This document shows, piece after piece, positions 9,757 to 19,392 of a stretch of DNA of 46,205 nucleotides. The notes under the pieces were generated by a model. It saw nothing but the letters and a program-made list of their open reading frames with translations. It ran no database searches and was not told where the DNA came from. The DNA is taken from sequence record DRR723986_7317; one strand, 5' to 3'. The translations under genes and the position numbers were made by a program. The stretch's first letter is position 1. Each line of letters begins with the position of its first letter.

Positions 9757-12700
9757 ATGAGCGCGTCACTGATGACATCCAGGCGTTTCGCACCGCTCTT
9801 CTGGACGCAGTTTTTCTCTGCATTCAACGACAATTTCCTGAAAAACGCCCTGGTGTTCCTGGTGTTGTTCCAGGTTGGTGGACACGGTGCAGACGGTGGC
9901 AACACCGGTGTTCTGATAACACTGGCCGGGGCTGTCTTTATCGCGCCCTTCCTGTTTCTGTCCGCACTCGGGGGTGAGCTCGCAGACAAGTTCGACAAGG
10001 CACGGATTGCCCGGGCAACCAAGCTTGCAGAAATTGCAGGCGCAGGCCTGGCCGTGACAGGCATGGCCTTGTCCTCCCTCCCCATCCTCTTTGCCGCGCT
10101 GTTCGTGTTTGGTGCAATGTCTGCCTTGTTCAGCCCGGTCAAATACGGGCTGCTCCCTGATCATCTGCCGGCTTCGAACCTGCCGCGCGCCAATGCCTGG
10201 ATAGAAGCGGGAACTTTTCTGGCAATCCTGGGCGGCACGATTTCCGCCGGCCTTTTGTTCAGCACCGGCGCTCCCACCCTGATCTTTGCCCCAGTGATGA
10301 TAGCCCTGGCTCTCGCATGTTACGGGCTGAGCCGGCAAATTCCCTCCGCACCGGCAGCCGCCCCTCATCTGACGATTGACTGGAACCTTGCGACATCCAC
10401 ATGGTGCGTGGTGAGAGATCTGGCTGCCGATCGCCGTCTCTTCCTAGTAGCCATGATGAATGCCTGGTTCTGGCTCATCGGTGCCATGGTGCTCGCTGTT
10501 CTGCCGCTGATGGTCAAGACGTTCCTGGGCGGTGAAGAAATTGCCGTCACCTATTTCCTGACCGTCTTCGCCGTTTCGATCGGCATCGGGTCGGCAATTG
10601 CCGCCTGGCTTCTGGCTGGCCGCGTCGTCCTTTTGCCGGCTCCCGTCGGAACGCTTCTGCTGGCGCTCTTTTGCCTGGATGCGGCATTTACCCTGGCAGG
10701 CCTGCCGGCAACCGCAACAGCATCTGGCTTGCGCGAGTTCCAGACCCATGAGGGCGTAATCCGTCTCAGCGTCGATATGGCCGGCCTTGCCATTTCCGGA
10801 GCTTTGCTGGTTGTTCCCACCTTCACGGCACTCCAGACCTGGGCGAAACCGCAGGTGCGTGCCCGCCGGATAGCAGCGTCCAACGCCCTTGGCGCTGCCC
10901 TGATGACGGTTGGCGGACTGTTGCTGGCAGGAGCCCAGAAACTTGGATTTTCCGTTCCCGCGATTTTTCTGGCGCTGGCCGGGCTGAACCTTGTCGCAGC
11001 TATCGTGATGCTCAAGATCCTGCCGACCAACCCGATGCGCGATGCAATCTCGATCCTCTATCGCGCCATCTTCCGGATGGAAGTCAAAGGCCTGGAAAAT
11101 CTGGAAAAAGCCGGCGAAGCCCCGATCCTGGCGCTGAACCACGTTAGTTTGCTGGACGCTGGCCTGGCTCTGACCCTGACCGACAAGAAGCCGTCCTTCG
11201 CCATCGACTATGACATTGCCCGGCGCTGGTGGGTCAAACCCTTCCTGCACCTTGCTAATGCCTTGCCGATCAACCCGTCAAAACCCATGGCCACCCGCGC
11301 ACTGATCAAGGTGGTGAACTCCGGCGAGCCGATGGTGATCTTCCCGGAAGGCCGGCTGACTGTCACCGGAAGCCTGATGAAGGTCTACGACGGTGCGGCC
11401 ATGGTGGCCGACAAGACCGGGGCCATGATCGTCCCGATCCGTATCGACGGCCTTGAAAAAACGCCGTTCTCCTACCTGAACCCAAGCCAGATCCGCAAGC
11501 GTCTGTTCCCCAAAGTGAAGGTGACAATCATGGAACCTACCCGCCTGGACCTCGACGACGAACTGAGGGGACGTCAGCGGCGCGCTGCAGCCGGCGCCAA
11601 GCTGTACAGCGTCATGTCCGAACTGATGTTTGAAACCAGCCTGACGGAAGACGTGACGATCCTGGAGAAGGTAATCGCCACGGCAGAAGAATACGGCTAC
11701 GGCAAGCTGGCGGTTGAGGATCCGGTGTCCGGAAAGCTGAATGCAGGCAAACTGCTGACAGGCGTCTCAGTGCTTGGCCGCAAACTGTTGCGGCACACCG
11801 GCGGAGAAGACACCCTCGGCATCATGCTGCCGAATGCCAATGGCGCTGCCGTTACCGTTCTGGCGACCATGTCTGCCGGCAAGGTGCCCGCCATGATCAA
11901 TTTCACCGCCGGTCAGGAAAACATTCTCGCGGCCTGCCGTGCTGCGGATGTTCGTACGCTGTTGTCTTCCCGCGCCTTCGTCAAGCAGGCCCGTCTGGAG
12001 CAACTGGCTACAAACCTGGAAGACCACGTTCGCATCATCTGGCTGGAAGATCTGCGCTCTGAAATCGGCTTGATGGACAAGATCCGCGGCCTTCTGACCA
12101 AAAGTCGCCCCCTGGTACGCACTCAAGCGGACGACACGGCAGTGATCCTGTTCACCTCCGGATCGGAGGGAACACCGAAAGGCGTTGTGCTGACACACAG
12201 GAACATCCTGTCCAATGCCACGCAGACAGCCGCCAGGATCGATTTCACCCCGAACGACAAGGTGTTCAACGTCCTGCCGATGTTCCATTCCTTCGGCCTG
12301 ACGGCGGGGACCATCCTGCCGCTGATATCCGGTGTCCCGGTCTATCTCTATCCCTCACCCCTGCATTACCGGATCGTTCCGGAGTTGATCTACACCTCCA
12401 ATGCGACGATCCTGTTCGGCACCGACACCTTTCTCAACGGGTATGCCCGTGTGGCCCATGCTTACGACTTCCGCTCCCTGCGCTACTGTTTTGCAGGCGC
12501 GGAGCCGGTGAAACCGTCAACCAGGCAGATCTATCAGGAACGCTTCGGCCTGCGTGTTCTGGAAGGATACGGCGTGACCGAGACCGCACCGGTCATCGCG
12601 CTCAACACGCCGATGTACAACCGTCCGGGCACGGTCGGCAAACTGATGCCCGGCATGAAGGCTCGCCTTGAGCCCGTACCTGGTGTGGAAACCGGCGGCA

Positions 12701-13176
12701 GACTCCATGTTTCGGGACCGAACGTGATGGTCGGTTATCTGAAGGCCGAAAATCCCGGCGTCGTCGAACCACTTGTCGACGGCTGGCACGACACCGGCGA
12801 CATTGTCGAGATCGACGACGACGGCTACATCATCATCAAGGGTCGCGCCAAGCGCTTCGCCAAGATTGCAGGCGAGATGGTGTCTCTGTCCGCCGTGGAA
12901 GCCCTGGCGGGTCAGATCTGGCCGCAGCATCTGTCCGCAGTTGCCGCCATCAAGGATGCCCGCAAGGGCGAGAAGCTGGTGCTCGTGACGGAAAACCCGG
13001 ATGCGGACCGCGCAGCCTTTGTTGAAGGCGCCAAAGCCCGAGGCGCACAGGACCTCATGATACCGGCAGAAGTCCGTGTGGTATCCAAGGTTCCTGTCCT
13101 GGGTTCCGGAAAGCTGGACTTCGCAGCGGTTGCAAAACTGGTCAAAGACGGATCTGAACTGGGCGAAGCCGCCTGA
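9757..13176 (+). CDS. aas: Trifunctional LplT-like MFS / lysophospholipid acyltransferase / acyl-ACP synthetase (acyl-[ACP]--phospholipid O-acyltransferase)
   Basis: N-terminal MFS with TQFFSAFNDNFLKNAL; acyltransferase motifs NHVSLLD and FPEG; AMP-binding motifs FTSGSEGTPKG, GYGVTE and DTGD. GGAGGA RBS. Confidence 0.93.
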   Translation: MSASLMTSRRFAPLFWTQFFSAFNDNFLKNALVFLVLFQVGGHGADGGNTGVLITLAGAVFIAPFLFLSALGGELADKFDKARIARATKLAEIAGAGLAVTGMALSSLPILFAALFVFGAMSALFSPVKYGLLPDHLPASNLPRANAWIEAGTFLAILGGTISAGLLFSTGAPTLIFAPVMIALALACYGLSRQIPSAPAAAPHLTIDWNLATSTWCVVRDLAADRRLFLVAMMNAWFWLIGAMVLAVLPLMVKTFLGGEEIAVTYFLTVFAVSIGIGSAIAAWLLAGRVVLLPAPVGTLLLALFCLDAAFTLAGLPATATASGLREFQTHEGVIRLSVDMAGLAISGALLVVPTFTALQTWAKPQVRARRIAASNALGAALMTVGGLLLAGAQKLGFSVPAIFLALAGLNLVAAIVMLKILPTNPMRDAISILYRAIFRMEVKGLENLEKAGEAPILALNHVSLLDAGLALTLTDKKPSFAIDYDIARRWWVKPFLHLANALPINPSKPMATRALIKVVNSGEPMVIFPEGRLTVTGSLMKVYDGAAMVADKTGAMIVPIRIDGLEKTPFSYLNPSQIRKRLFPKVKVTIMEPTRLDLDDELRGRQRRAAAGAKLYSVMSELMFETSLTEDVTILEKVIATAEEYGYGKLAVEDPVSGKLNAGKLLTGVSVLGRKLLRHTGGEDTLGIMLPNANGAAVTVLATMSAGKVPAMINFTAGQENILAACRAADVRTLLSSRAFVKQARLEQLATNLEDHVRIIWLEDLRSEIGLMDKIRGLLTKSRPLVRTQADDTAVILFTSGSEGTPKGVVLTHRNILSNATQTAARIDFTPNDKVFNVLPMFHSFGLTAGTILPLISGVPVYLYPSPLHYRIVPELIYTSNATILFGTDTFLNGYARVAHAYDFRSLRYCFAGAEPVKPSTRQIYQERFGLRVLEGYGVTETAPVIALNTPMYNRPGTVGKLMPGMKARLEPVPGVETGGRLHVSGPNVMVGYLKAENPGVVEPLVDGWHDTGDIVEIDDDGYIIIKGRAKRFAKIAGEMVSLSAVEALAGQIWPQHLSAVAAIKDARKGEKLVLVTENPDADRAAFVEGAKARGAQDLMIPAEVRVVSKVPVLGSGKLDFAAVAKLVKDGSELGEAA

Positions 13177-13181
13177 CATTA

Positions 13182-13213
13182 CGCCCCGACCTGACGCAAG
13201 CCGGGTCGGGGTG
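13182..13213 (+). terminator. Stem-loop downstream of aas
   Basis: CGCCCCGACCTG-ACGCAAGC-CGGGTCGGGGTG with G-U pairs; no clear U-tract. Confidence 0.55.
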
Positions 13214-13405
13214 AATACTGATCACCACACCTCTTTATCTTATCTAGAGAGATTTTTCAGCATCGCCAACAAGACATCAGAAGAACATTTCCCGATCTAA
13301 ACCGCCAGTAACGCAAGAATTGCCCTCCCGGCGAAACTAAACCTTAAGACGAATGATACAACCTGTGAACGCATACCCAACGCCAGACATTTCCGGAGCT
13401 TACGG

Positions 13406-14467
13406 ATGCGTTTTAAAAAAGGATTTGCCGTAGCCTTATGCTTCGGTTTGCTCGCCTGCTCGGATAACGTTCCATCCGGAGACCCGCAGTCCGGTCTGAA
13501 GCGCGACATGCGCGGTTACAAGGCATCACCCGGCGTCCTCGTAGCGGAAGACGGGACACCTCATTGGATCCAGTCCGCGGTGACCGGGTACAAGGAAACG
13601 ACCTTGGACACCGACCTTCCCGCGAAGGTGGTCATGCAGCAGCCCACTGCGTTCTGCCGCTTCCGCAAACCCAACCTCGGAGAATATATCGGCAATGTGC
13701 ATGTCGGCACAGGCAACATGCATGCGCCGATCTATACCTGGTCGAAAACGAAAATTCGGGAACGGGCACAAAAGCTGGCTGAAAACGCCCAAAAACCAGC
13801 CGACGACCCCAGAAAGATCCGTGTCGACACGATGGTACTCAGTGCAAAGGACGACAGTTTTCCTGTTGTCGATGTCGTGGTTACGGAAACCGAAAAGCCG
13901 GTCTACCTGATCCTGCAAAACGAATTCGGCAAGATCCTATGGAACATACATCTGGCACCTGGCGCCCGCATCTCGCATGTGGTGGCACTCGGTGTCGGCG
14001 ATATCGCTTTCGCCAATCTTGATCCTGACGTGCCTGTTGAAATGGCCGGTGCAAGAACCCTTCGTTCCTGCGGTGTTCAGCCCTGGCGAAAGATGCAAGA
14101 TCACTGGCTTTTCGCAAGAAACGCCAAGGAAAATCCGAGCCTTCATGAAGAGCCCGTTGCCAAGAACAAGGCGGCTTATCGCAAGTACGACAGCTGGTTC
14201 AAGAGCGCCTTCGGCATAAGAAGCGAGCAAAATCTCGCGGGCGTGGAACGGTCAACTCATGTGCTCGTTGGGCCACTCCCGGAAAATCTTGATGACCGGA
14301 TTCCCTTCCGTCCACTGGGGGGATCACTCGTCATCATGACGCCGGTCGAGAACATCGCAGTAGCTGGCAAGTCCGGCTACGAGGACAAGGCGATGGCGCA
14401 GATCAGGCCGCTGGTCGACAAGGCTCTCGGACGTGACAGCACCGCCAATTCCAATTCCGGTTCATAA
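13406..14467 (+). CDS. Hypothetical lipoprotein
   Basis: 353 aa; MRFKK followed by a hydrophobic stretch and lipobox LLAC. GGAG RBS. No family recognised. Confidence 0.8.
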   Translation: MRFKKGFAVALCFGLLACSDNVPSGDPQSGLKRDMRGYKASPGVLVAEDGTPHWIQSAVTGYKETTLDTDLPAKVVMQQPTAFCRFRKPNLGEYIGNVHVGTGNMHAPIYTWSKTKIRERAQKLAENAQKPADDPRKIRVDTMVLSAKDDSFPVVDVVVTETEKPVYLILQNEFGKILWNIHLAPGARISHVVALGVGDIAFANLDPDVPVEMAGARTLRSCGVQPWRKMQDHWLFARNAKENPSLHEEPVAKNKAAYRKYDSWFKSAFGIRSEQNLAGVERSTHVLVGPLPENLDDRIPFRPLGGSLVIMTPVENIAVAGKSGYEDKAMAQIRPLVDKALGRDSTANSNSGS

Positions 14468-14486
14468 GCAACAGGGAACAGTCTTG

Positions 14487-15242
14487 ATGCGTATCCTTCA
14501 AATCGCCTGCGGAGTGATCTTTTTCGCAGTGACGCTCTACTACGGCTACATCATGTTCAGTGTTGCCAACGTCGCGAACACTGTCTTCGGCTTCAAGAAC
14601 GATCCGCTGAAAGGACAGGCGACAGTCCACAACGCCAGGCATGGCTCAGGCGGTTCCCTGAAAGACGGCTACGTCGCCCTCACGGACTTCAAAAACCTCG
14701 ATGCCGGACGGGTGGTCAATATCGTCATGCCCGTATCGGTGAAAGAGCTCTTGAAGGAAACAGGAGCTCCTGCCGACATGGACATGATCGAGGTCTTCAT
14801 CTCCGGTCAGGCCCCCAGAATCGCGGAAGCCGAATGCAAGCTCCTAGTGAAGACAATTGCATCGAATTGCCGGGTAAAGCTGACAAAAGCCAAGCAATTC
14901 AAGGATGATCCGAAATTTGCCGAGATCAGGATGCAGCTTGAGTTCGTAGAGAAGCAAGTCCCCGGTGCATTCGAGACAGAGAAGCCTCTCAACTACCAGG
15001 AAGTGGACGCCGATCTGGTGGACAGTGCCGGAATCTATGCCGAAGCCTGGCTGAACGAATTCGAGAACCGACGGGCGAAACTCTATACCACTGCAGCCCG
15101 CGCCTGCGATCCCTTGCGGCGTCAGCACGGCAATTGTTCGGTGACTGAAATCAACGTTTTGGGACGATGGGAAAAACGCGAGGAATTCGTGGTCATACGC
15201 TCGAACGCAACCCTGTCATATCTGTGGCCCGAAAGGACCTGA
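14487..15242 (+). CDS. Hypothetical membrane-anchored periplasmic protein
   Basis: N-terminal TM (ILQIACGVIFFAVTLYYGYIMFSV). Starts 19 nt after the lipoprotein gene. Contains two Cys pairs. Confidence 0.75.
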   Translation: MRILQIACGVIFFAVTLYYGYIMFSVANVANTVFGFKNDPLKGQATVHNARHGSGGSLKDGYVALTDFKNLDAGRVVNIVMPVSVKELLKETGAPADMDMIEVFISGQAPRIAEAECKLLVKTIASNCRVKLTKAKQFKDDPKFAEIRMQLEFVEKQVPGAFETEKPLNYQEVDADLVDSAGIYAEAWLNEFENRRAKLYTTAARACDPLRRQHGNCSVTEINVLGRWEKREEFVVIRSNATLSYLWPERT

Positions 15243-15274
15243 CCAGGGTCGCGTCTTCTGCAATGTGAACTGCA

Positions 15275-16642
15275 TCAGGCCGGGGCCATCACCTCGGCCT
15301 TTGCCTTTGCAACGGCAGCTATCAGCCGGTCCACATCTTCCGTCCGGGTTGACCAGTTCGAGACGCTGATGCGAAACCCCTGTCGTCCTTTCCAGGAGGC
15401 CTGACCGAACCAGGCTTCACCGGAAGCCTGAACATGGCCAGCGATGCGGGCACAGGCGTCTTCCGCCCCCGGCAACGTCGCAAACACCTGGTTGAAATGC
15501 ACCTCATGCGGCACTTCGAACCCGAGTGCTGTCAGATCCCCTGAAATGCGCCTTGCATGACCGTGAAAACGGCTCAGCATGTCCTCAAGACCTTGCCGGC
15601 CGAGGGAAAGCAGCGCAGCCCAGGTCTCGGCTCCACGTGCAGACCGGCTGAATTCAGGAGCGCGGTTGGCCGGATTTGATACGGTCGCCGGCAGATAGGT
15701 GGCCCCGATTGCCATCGACGCCTGCATTTCCTGCGGATGGCGGCACAAGGCCAAGCCTGAATCATATGGTGTGTTGAGTGTCTTGTGGCTGTCGACCACC
15801 CAGCTGTCTGCCTTCTCAAGTCCCTTGAGAGCCGTTGCCGTATCGCTGCAGGCCCTTGCCCACAGTCCGAAAGCGCCATCAACATGAAGCCAGGCACCAG
15901 CGGCATTACACTTGTCGCCGAGTTCGTCAAATGGATCGAAGGCTCCGCTGCAAACGTTTCCTGCCTGGCACAAAACGAGCGTGCGATCATCCAGTTCGGG
16001 TAGCTTGTCGATCCGCATCCGCCCTTGATCGTCCACCTCCACCCACTCGATCGATTTCGTGGCCAGGCCTGCCATCCGAAGGGATTTCAGCACGGTTGCA
16101 TGAATTTCGGCGCTGGCGACAATCCGCAAGCCGGGAGCACCAATCAGGCCCTCTCCTCTTTCGTGGCCAAGGCGCGATAACAGCGTGTCGCGCGCGGTGA
16201 CCAGTAGCGCCATGTTTGACATGGTCGCACCGGTGGTGAAAGCGCCATCGGTACCTTCAGGCAGCCCCAGAAGCCTAACGATCCAGGACACCGCCGTTTC
16301 TTCCATCTTGATCACGGAAGGTCCCGTCAAACCGTCTGCAACCTGATCCCACGCGGAGAGCAAGGCCCGGGCCGCGGAGGCTGCAGGCAATGCGCCCCCT
16401 AGAACATAACCGAAGTACCGACCTGCCGCCGTCGCAACAGTGCCCTCACCGCCCACGGTCTCGAGCAGATCAAGAATATCGCCAACGTCGGCGCCCTGCT
16501 CCGGCAGACCCGGATCGAGCTCGGCAAGACGAGACAAATTCGGCCCGACGCGCCGATCCGGCAATTGTTTCAGATAACGCACGCCGCGCGCCGCGCCGTT
16601 CGAAAAGGCTTCCGCTTGAAGGCCGAGAAGGCTATTTTCCAT
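15275..16642 (-). CDS. Group II PLP-dependent amino acid decarboxylase
   Basis: RYFGYV, TTGATMSN, GAFDP, WLHVDGAFG and PLP-lysine motif DSWVVDSHKTLNTPYDSG. Confidence 0.92.
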   Translation of the reverse strand: MENSLLGLQAEAFSNGAARGVRYLKQLPDRRVGPNLSRLAELDPGLPEQGADVGDILDLLETVGGEGTVATAAGRYFGYVLGGALPAASAARALLSAWDQVADGLTGPSVIKMEETAVSWIVRLLGLPEGTDGAFTTGATMSNMALLVTARDTLLSRLGHERGEGLIGAPGLRIVASAEIHATVLKSLRMAGLATKSIEWVEVDDQGRMRIDKLPELDDRTLVLCQAGNVCSGAFDPFDELGDKCNAAGAWLHVDGAFGLWARACSDTATALKGLEKADSWVVDSHKTLNTPYDSGLALCRHPQEMQASMAIGATYLPATVSNPANRAPEFSRSARGAETWAALLSLGRQGLEDMLSRFHGHARRISGDLTALGFEVPHEVHFNQVFATLPGAEDACARIAGHVQASGEAWFGQASWKGRQGFRISVSNWSTRTEDVDRLIAAVAKAKAEVMAPA

Positions 16643-16655
16643 GTTCGAACTACCA

Positions 16656-16699
16656 ATCTATATCGAAGAGTATCTATATAGATGAATATCAATATAGAT
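16656..16699. promoter_or_regulatory. Triple 12-bp palindrome array, putative ArsR operator
   Basis: ATCTATATCGAA (16656), ATCTATATAGAT (16672) and ATCAATATAGAT (16688), at an exact 16-bp period. Confidence 0.7.
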
Positions 16700-17059
16700 G
16701 TAGAGTCAAGTTCATTGGCAATGGCGGCACTGGCGAGCCCTGTGCGGCTGCAGATCCTTTTGTGGCTGCTCGACCCTCGAGCCCACTTCCCCCGCCAGCG
16801 GGACGGAGACCTCGTGGATGACGGCGTGTGTGTGGGTTTCATCACCGACAAGGTCGGCCTCAGCCAACCGACCGTAAGCTCACACATGAAAAAGATGTCG
16901 GAAGCAGGCCTGGTAACTGGAAAGCGGATCGGCAACTGGATGTTCTACAAACCCGACAGGACAAGGCTTGAAGACCTGGGGTTGAAGCTCACTTGCGCAT
17001 CGCAAACGGATCCTGAAGCCTCAAATGCTGGCCAACTGGCCAGCGAAACCGTTTCCTGA
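16682..17059 (+). CDS. ArsR/SmtB family transcriptional regulator
   Basis: ALASPVRLQILLWL, GVCVGFI..KVGLSQPTVSSHMKKMSEAGLV..KRIGNWMFYK. Alternative start at ATG 16721. Confidence 0.9.
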   Translation: MNINIDVESSSLAMAALASPVRLQILLWLLDPRAHFPRQRDGDLVDDGVCVGFITDKVGLSQPTVSSHMKKMSEAGLVTGKRIGNWMFYKPDRTRLEDLGLKLTCASQTDPEASNAGQLASETVS

Positions 17060-17261
17060 ACAACCGCGGCTTGAGCAAACTCATCCGGGCGGTTCTGCCG
17101 CATGTCGCGGCTTGCAGCTGCAAGAAATCTCGGACTAGATCAGGAGTAACTCTTGATCGGAATCGATTGATGGTCCTTTGATCAAACCTGAAGTGTCGGG
17201 GTGGCTCGTTTCTGAACACCGCTTCGCGAAATTCTTTTGCCTATCAGACAGGAATGCAAAC

Positions 17262-17690
17262 ATGTCCACGCCCGCTTATGACGACCAGAATGTCTTTGCC
17301 AAAATCCTGCGCGGCGAACTGCCGAGCCACAAGGTTTACGAGGACGACAAAACACTGGTGATCATGGACATCATGCCCCGCGGCGATGGTCATGTTCTGG
17401 TGATCCCGAAAGCCCCTTCCCGCAACATCCTGGATATCGCACCGGACGATCTCAACGCGGTCATGGCAACAACGCAGACCATGGCCAGGGTTGTGATCAA
17501 GGCCTTCGATGCCGACGGCACGACCATCCAGCAATTCTCAGAGCCTGCCGGTGGCCAGGTGGTGTTCCACACCCATGTCCACGTCATTCCACGTTTCGAG
17601 GGCGTGTCGCTGAAACCCCACACCGGCGCAATGGCAGACAATGACGTGCTGGCAGCCCAAGCAGAAAAGATACGAGCCGCACTGGCCTGA
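17262..17690 (+). CDS. HIT family (HINT-like) nucleotide hydrolase
   Basis: YDDQNVFAKILRGELP, GHVLVIPK and histidine triad GQVVFHTHVHVIPR; AGGA RBS. Confidence 0.95.
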   Translation: MSTPAYDDQNVFAKILRGELPSHKVYEDDKTLVIMDIMPRGDGHVLVIPKAPSRNILDIAPDDLNAVMATTQTMARVVIKAFDADGTTIQQFSEPAGGQVVFHTHVHVIPRFEGVSLKPHTGAMADNDVLAAQAEKIRAALA

Positions 17691-17730
17691 AGCCAGGCGT
17701 GCATCTCCAGCCATTAAGCACACAACAGAC

Positions 17731-17767
17731 AACGCCCGCCTGGCTTCAAACCGGGCGGGCGTTTTTC
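17731..17767 (+). terminator. Rho-independent terminator between the convergent HIT and SBP genes
   Basis: AACGCCCGCCTGG-CTTCAAA-CCGGGCGGGCGTTTTT. Confidence 0.8.
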
Positions 17768-17778
17768 TCGATGCTCAA

Positions 17779-19392
17779 TCAGCTATCGAACCACCAACGG
17801 CTGCAGGCACGGGCACCGTCGAGCTCCCAGCTCGATGCCAGTTGCTCACCATGCTGAACATTGCTGCGGCGGGCATAAACGAAGTTGCGGAAGAACGGGA
17901 TGATCGTGCCGCCGTCGTCATGCGCAAGCAGCGCCATTTCCCGGTACATCTCCGCCCGCCTGGTGTCGTCCAATTCGGCTTTCGCCATCAACAGCAGTTC
18001 GTTGAAACGCTCATTCTGCCAATGGCTCTCGTTCCAGGCGGCGTCGGACTTGTAGGCCAGAGAATACATCACGTCCGGTGTCGGACGCGCCCCCCAGGCC
18101 ACCACACAGAACGGTTTCTTCAGCCAGACATCCGAGTAATAGCCGTCGTTCGGTTCACGCACGACCTTGATGTCGATGCCTGCCGCCTTGGCATGTTCGG
18201 CATAAAGCACGCAAAGATCGACCGCGCCGGAGTAGATGGATTCAGCAGAGGAGATGCTGATGGACAGTCCTTCGGCACCTGCCTTTTTCAGCAGCGATTT
18301 CGCCTGGTCCGGATCGTAGTCGTGTTGGGGAATGTCATCCGGCCAATAGGGCATGGCTGGCGAATGGTGGAAATCGTTTGCCTTTGTCGCTGCACCAAAG
18401 GCGATCTTCTCGATAATCTCGTCGCGGTTCATCGCGAGCTTGAGTGCGTTGCGAACATCCTTGTTGTCAAACGGAGGCGTGTCGCAGAACATCGGCATCG
18501 TGAGCGTCGAGGCAGACGGCACATTGTCGATCTCCAGATTTGGATTGCGCGCAAGCAGACCCATCGTCTTCAGATCGATAAGCGAAACGGCATCCACGTC
18601 GCCAGTAACCAGAGCCGTCTGACGGGCGTTCGGATCGGTCAGGATGATCAGTTCCACGCCGTCGAAATGTGCACCGTCGAGATGCCAGCCGTCATGGCGC
18701 GTCAGAGAGAACCTGACACCGAAGTCACCGGTTTCGATCTTGTAGGGACCGGTACCGTCGCCCGAAGCCCAATCGATCGAGCCATCGGCGTTCCCCGGAC
18801 AGATGGCCAGATGGTAATCGGTCATGAGCCACGGCAGATCCGCATTGCCCGATGACAATTTGAAAACGATCGTGTTGTCGCCGTCCTTGACGATATCAGC
18901 GACGTCGGTCAGCAGAGCCTTGGCCGCGGAGGTCGTGCTGTCGCCGCGGTGGTGGTTCATCGATGCAATGACGTCGTCGGCTGTCATCTTGCGGCCGGAG
19001 TGGAAGGTAACGTTTTCGTTGAGCTTGAAAGTCCACTCCGTTGCGTCCGCATTCGCCGTCCATTCGGTGGCGATATCCGGCCCAAGAGACCCATCTGGTT
19101 CGATCAGGGTAAGATAGCTGCGGTGAGTATGCGCCAGCACGATCATGGCGATGGTGAGATAGGTGCCCGGATCGTGGGTGTCTGATGTGTTGCCATCATG
19201 AATGCCGACCTTGAAGGTTCCGCCCTGCTTTGGTTGCGCCTTGGCTTTCGTGGTCCAGAGCCCTGTTGCGGCGGAAGCTGCAACACCGGCAGCCATGGAA
19301 TAATTCAGGAAATCACGGCGGGAAATGCGGCCAGATCTTGCGGCCTCGCCCAGCTTTTCCAGCATTTCCGTATCTTTGTACTTGTCCTTCAT
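17779..19392 (-). CDS. ABC transporter substrate-binding protein, family 5 (peptide/nickel), Tat-exported
   Basis: Twin-arginine motif SRRDFL; VTFHSG..TADDVIAS, DGTGPY, VRNALKLA and YDPDQAKSLL. Confidence 0.92.
   Translation of the reverse strand: MKDKYKDTEMLEKLGEAARSGRISRRDFLNYSMAAGVAASAATGLWTTKAKAQPKQGGTFKVGIHDGNTSDTHDPGTYLTIAMIVLAHTHRSYLTLIEPDGSLGPDIATEWTANADATEWTFKLNENVTFHSGRKMTADDVIASMNHHRGDSTTSAAKALLTDVADIVKDGDNTIVFKLSSGNADLPWLMTDYHLAICPGNADGSIDWASGDGTGPYKIETGDFGVRFSLTRHDGWHLDGAHFDGVELIILTDPNARQTALVTGDVDAVSLIDLKTMGLLARNPNLEIDNVPSASTLTMPMFCDTPPFDNKDVRNALKLAMNRDEIIEKIAFGAATKANDFHHSPAMPYWPDDIPQHDYDPDQAKSLLKKAGAEGLSISISSAESIYSGAVDLCVLYAEHAKAAGIDIKVVREPNDGYYSDVWLKKPFCVVAWGARPTPDVMYSLAYKSDAAWNESHWQNERFNELLLMAKAELDDTRRAEMYREMALLAHDDGGTIIPFFRNFVYARRSNVQHGEQLASSWELDGARACSRWWFDS

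Noticed and set aside
16656-16699. Periodic repeats (also 30772-30812 and 8565-8642) read as a CRISPR array or iterons
   Set aside because: The units are 12-17 bp in only two or three copies, there are no cas or rep genes, and each lies beside a divergent regulator, so operators explain them better.
17153-17166. FNR-like TTGAT-CGGA-ATCGA upstream of the HIT gene
   Set aside because: It has one mismatch, no supporting promoter geometry and no anaerobic context, so chance is plausible.
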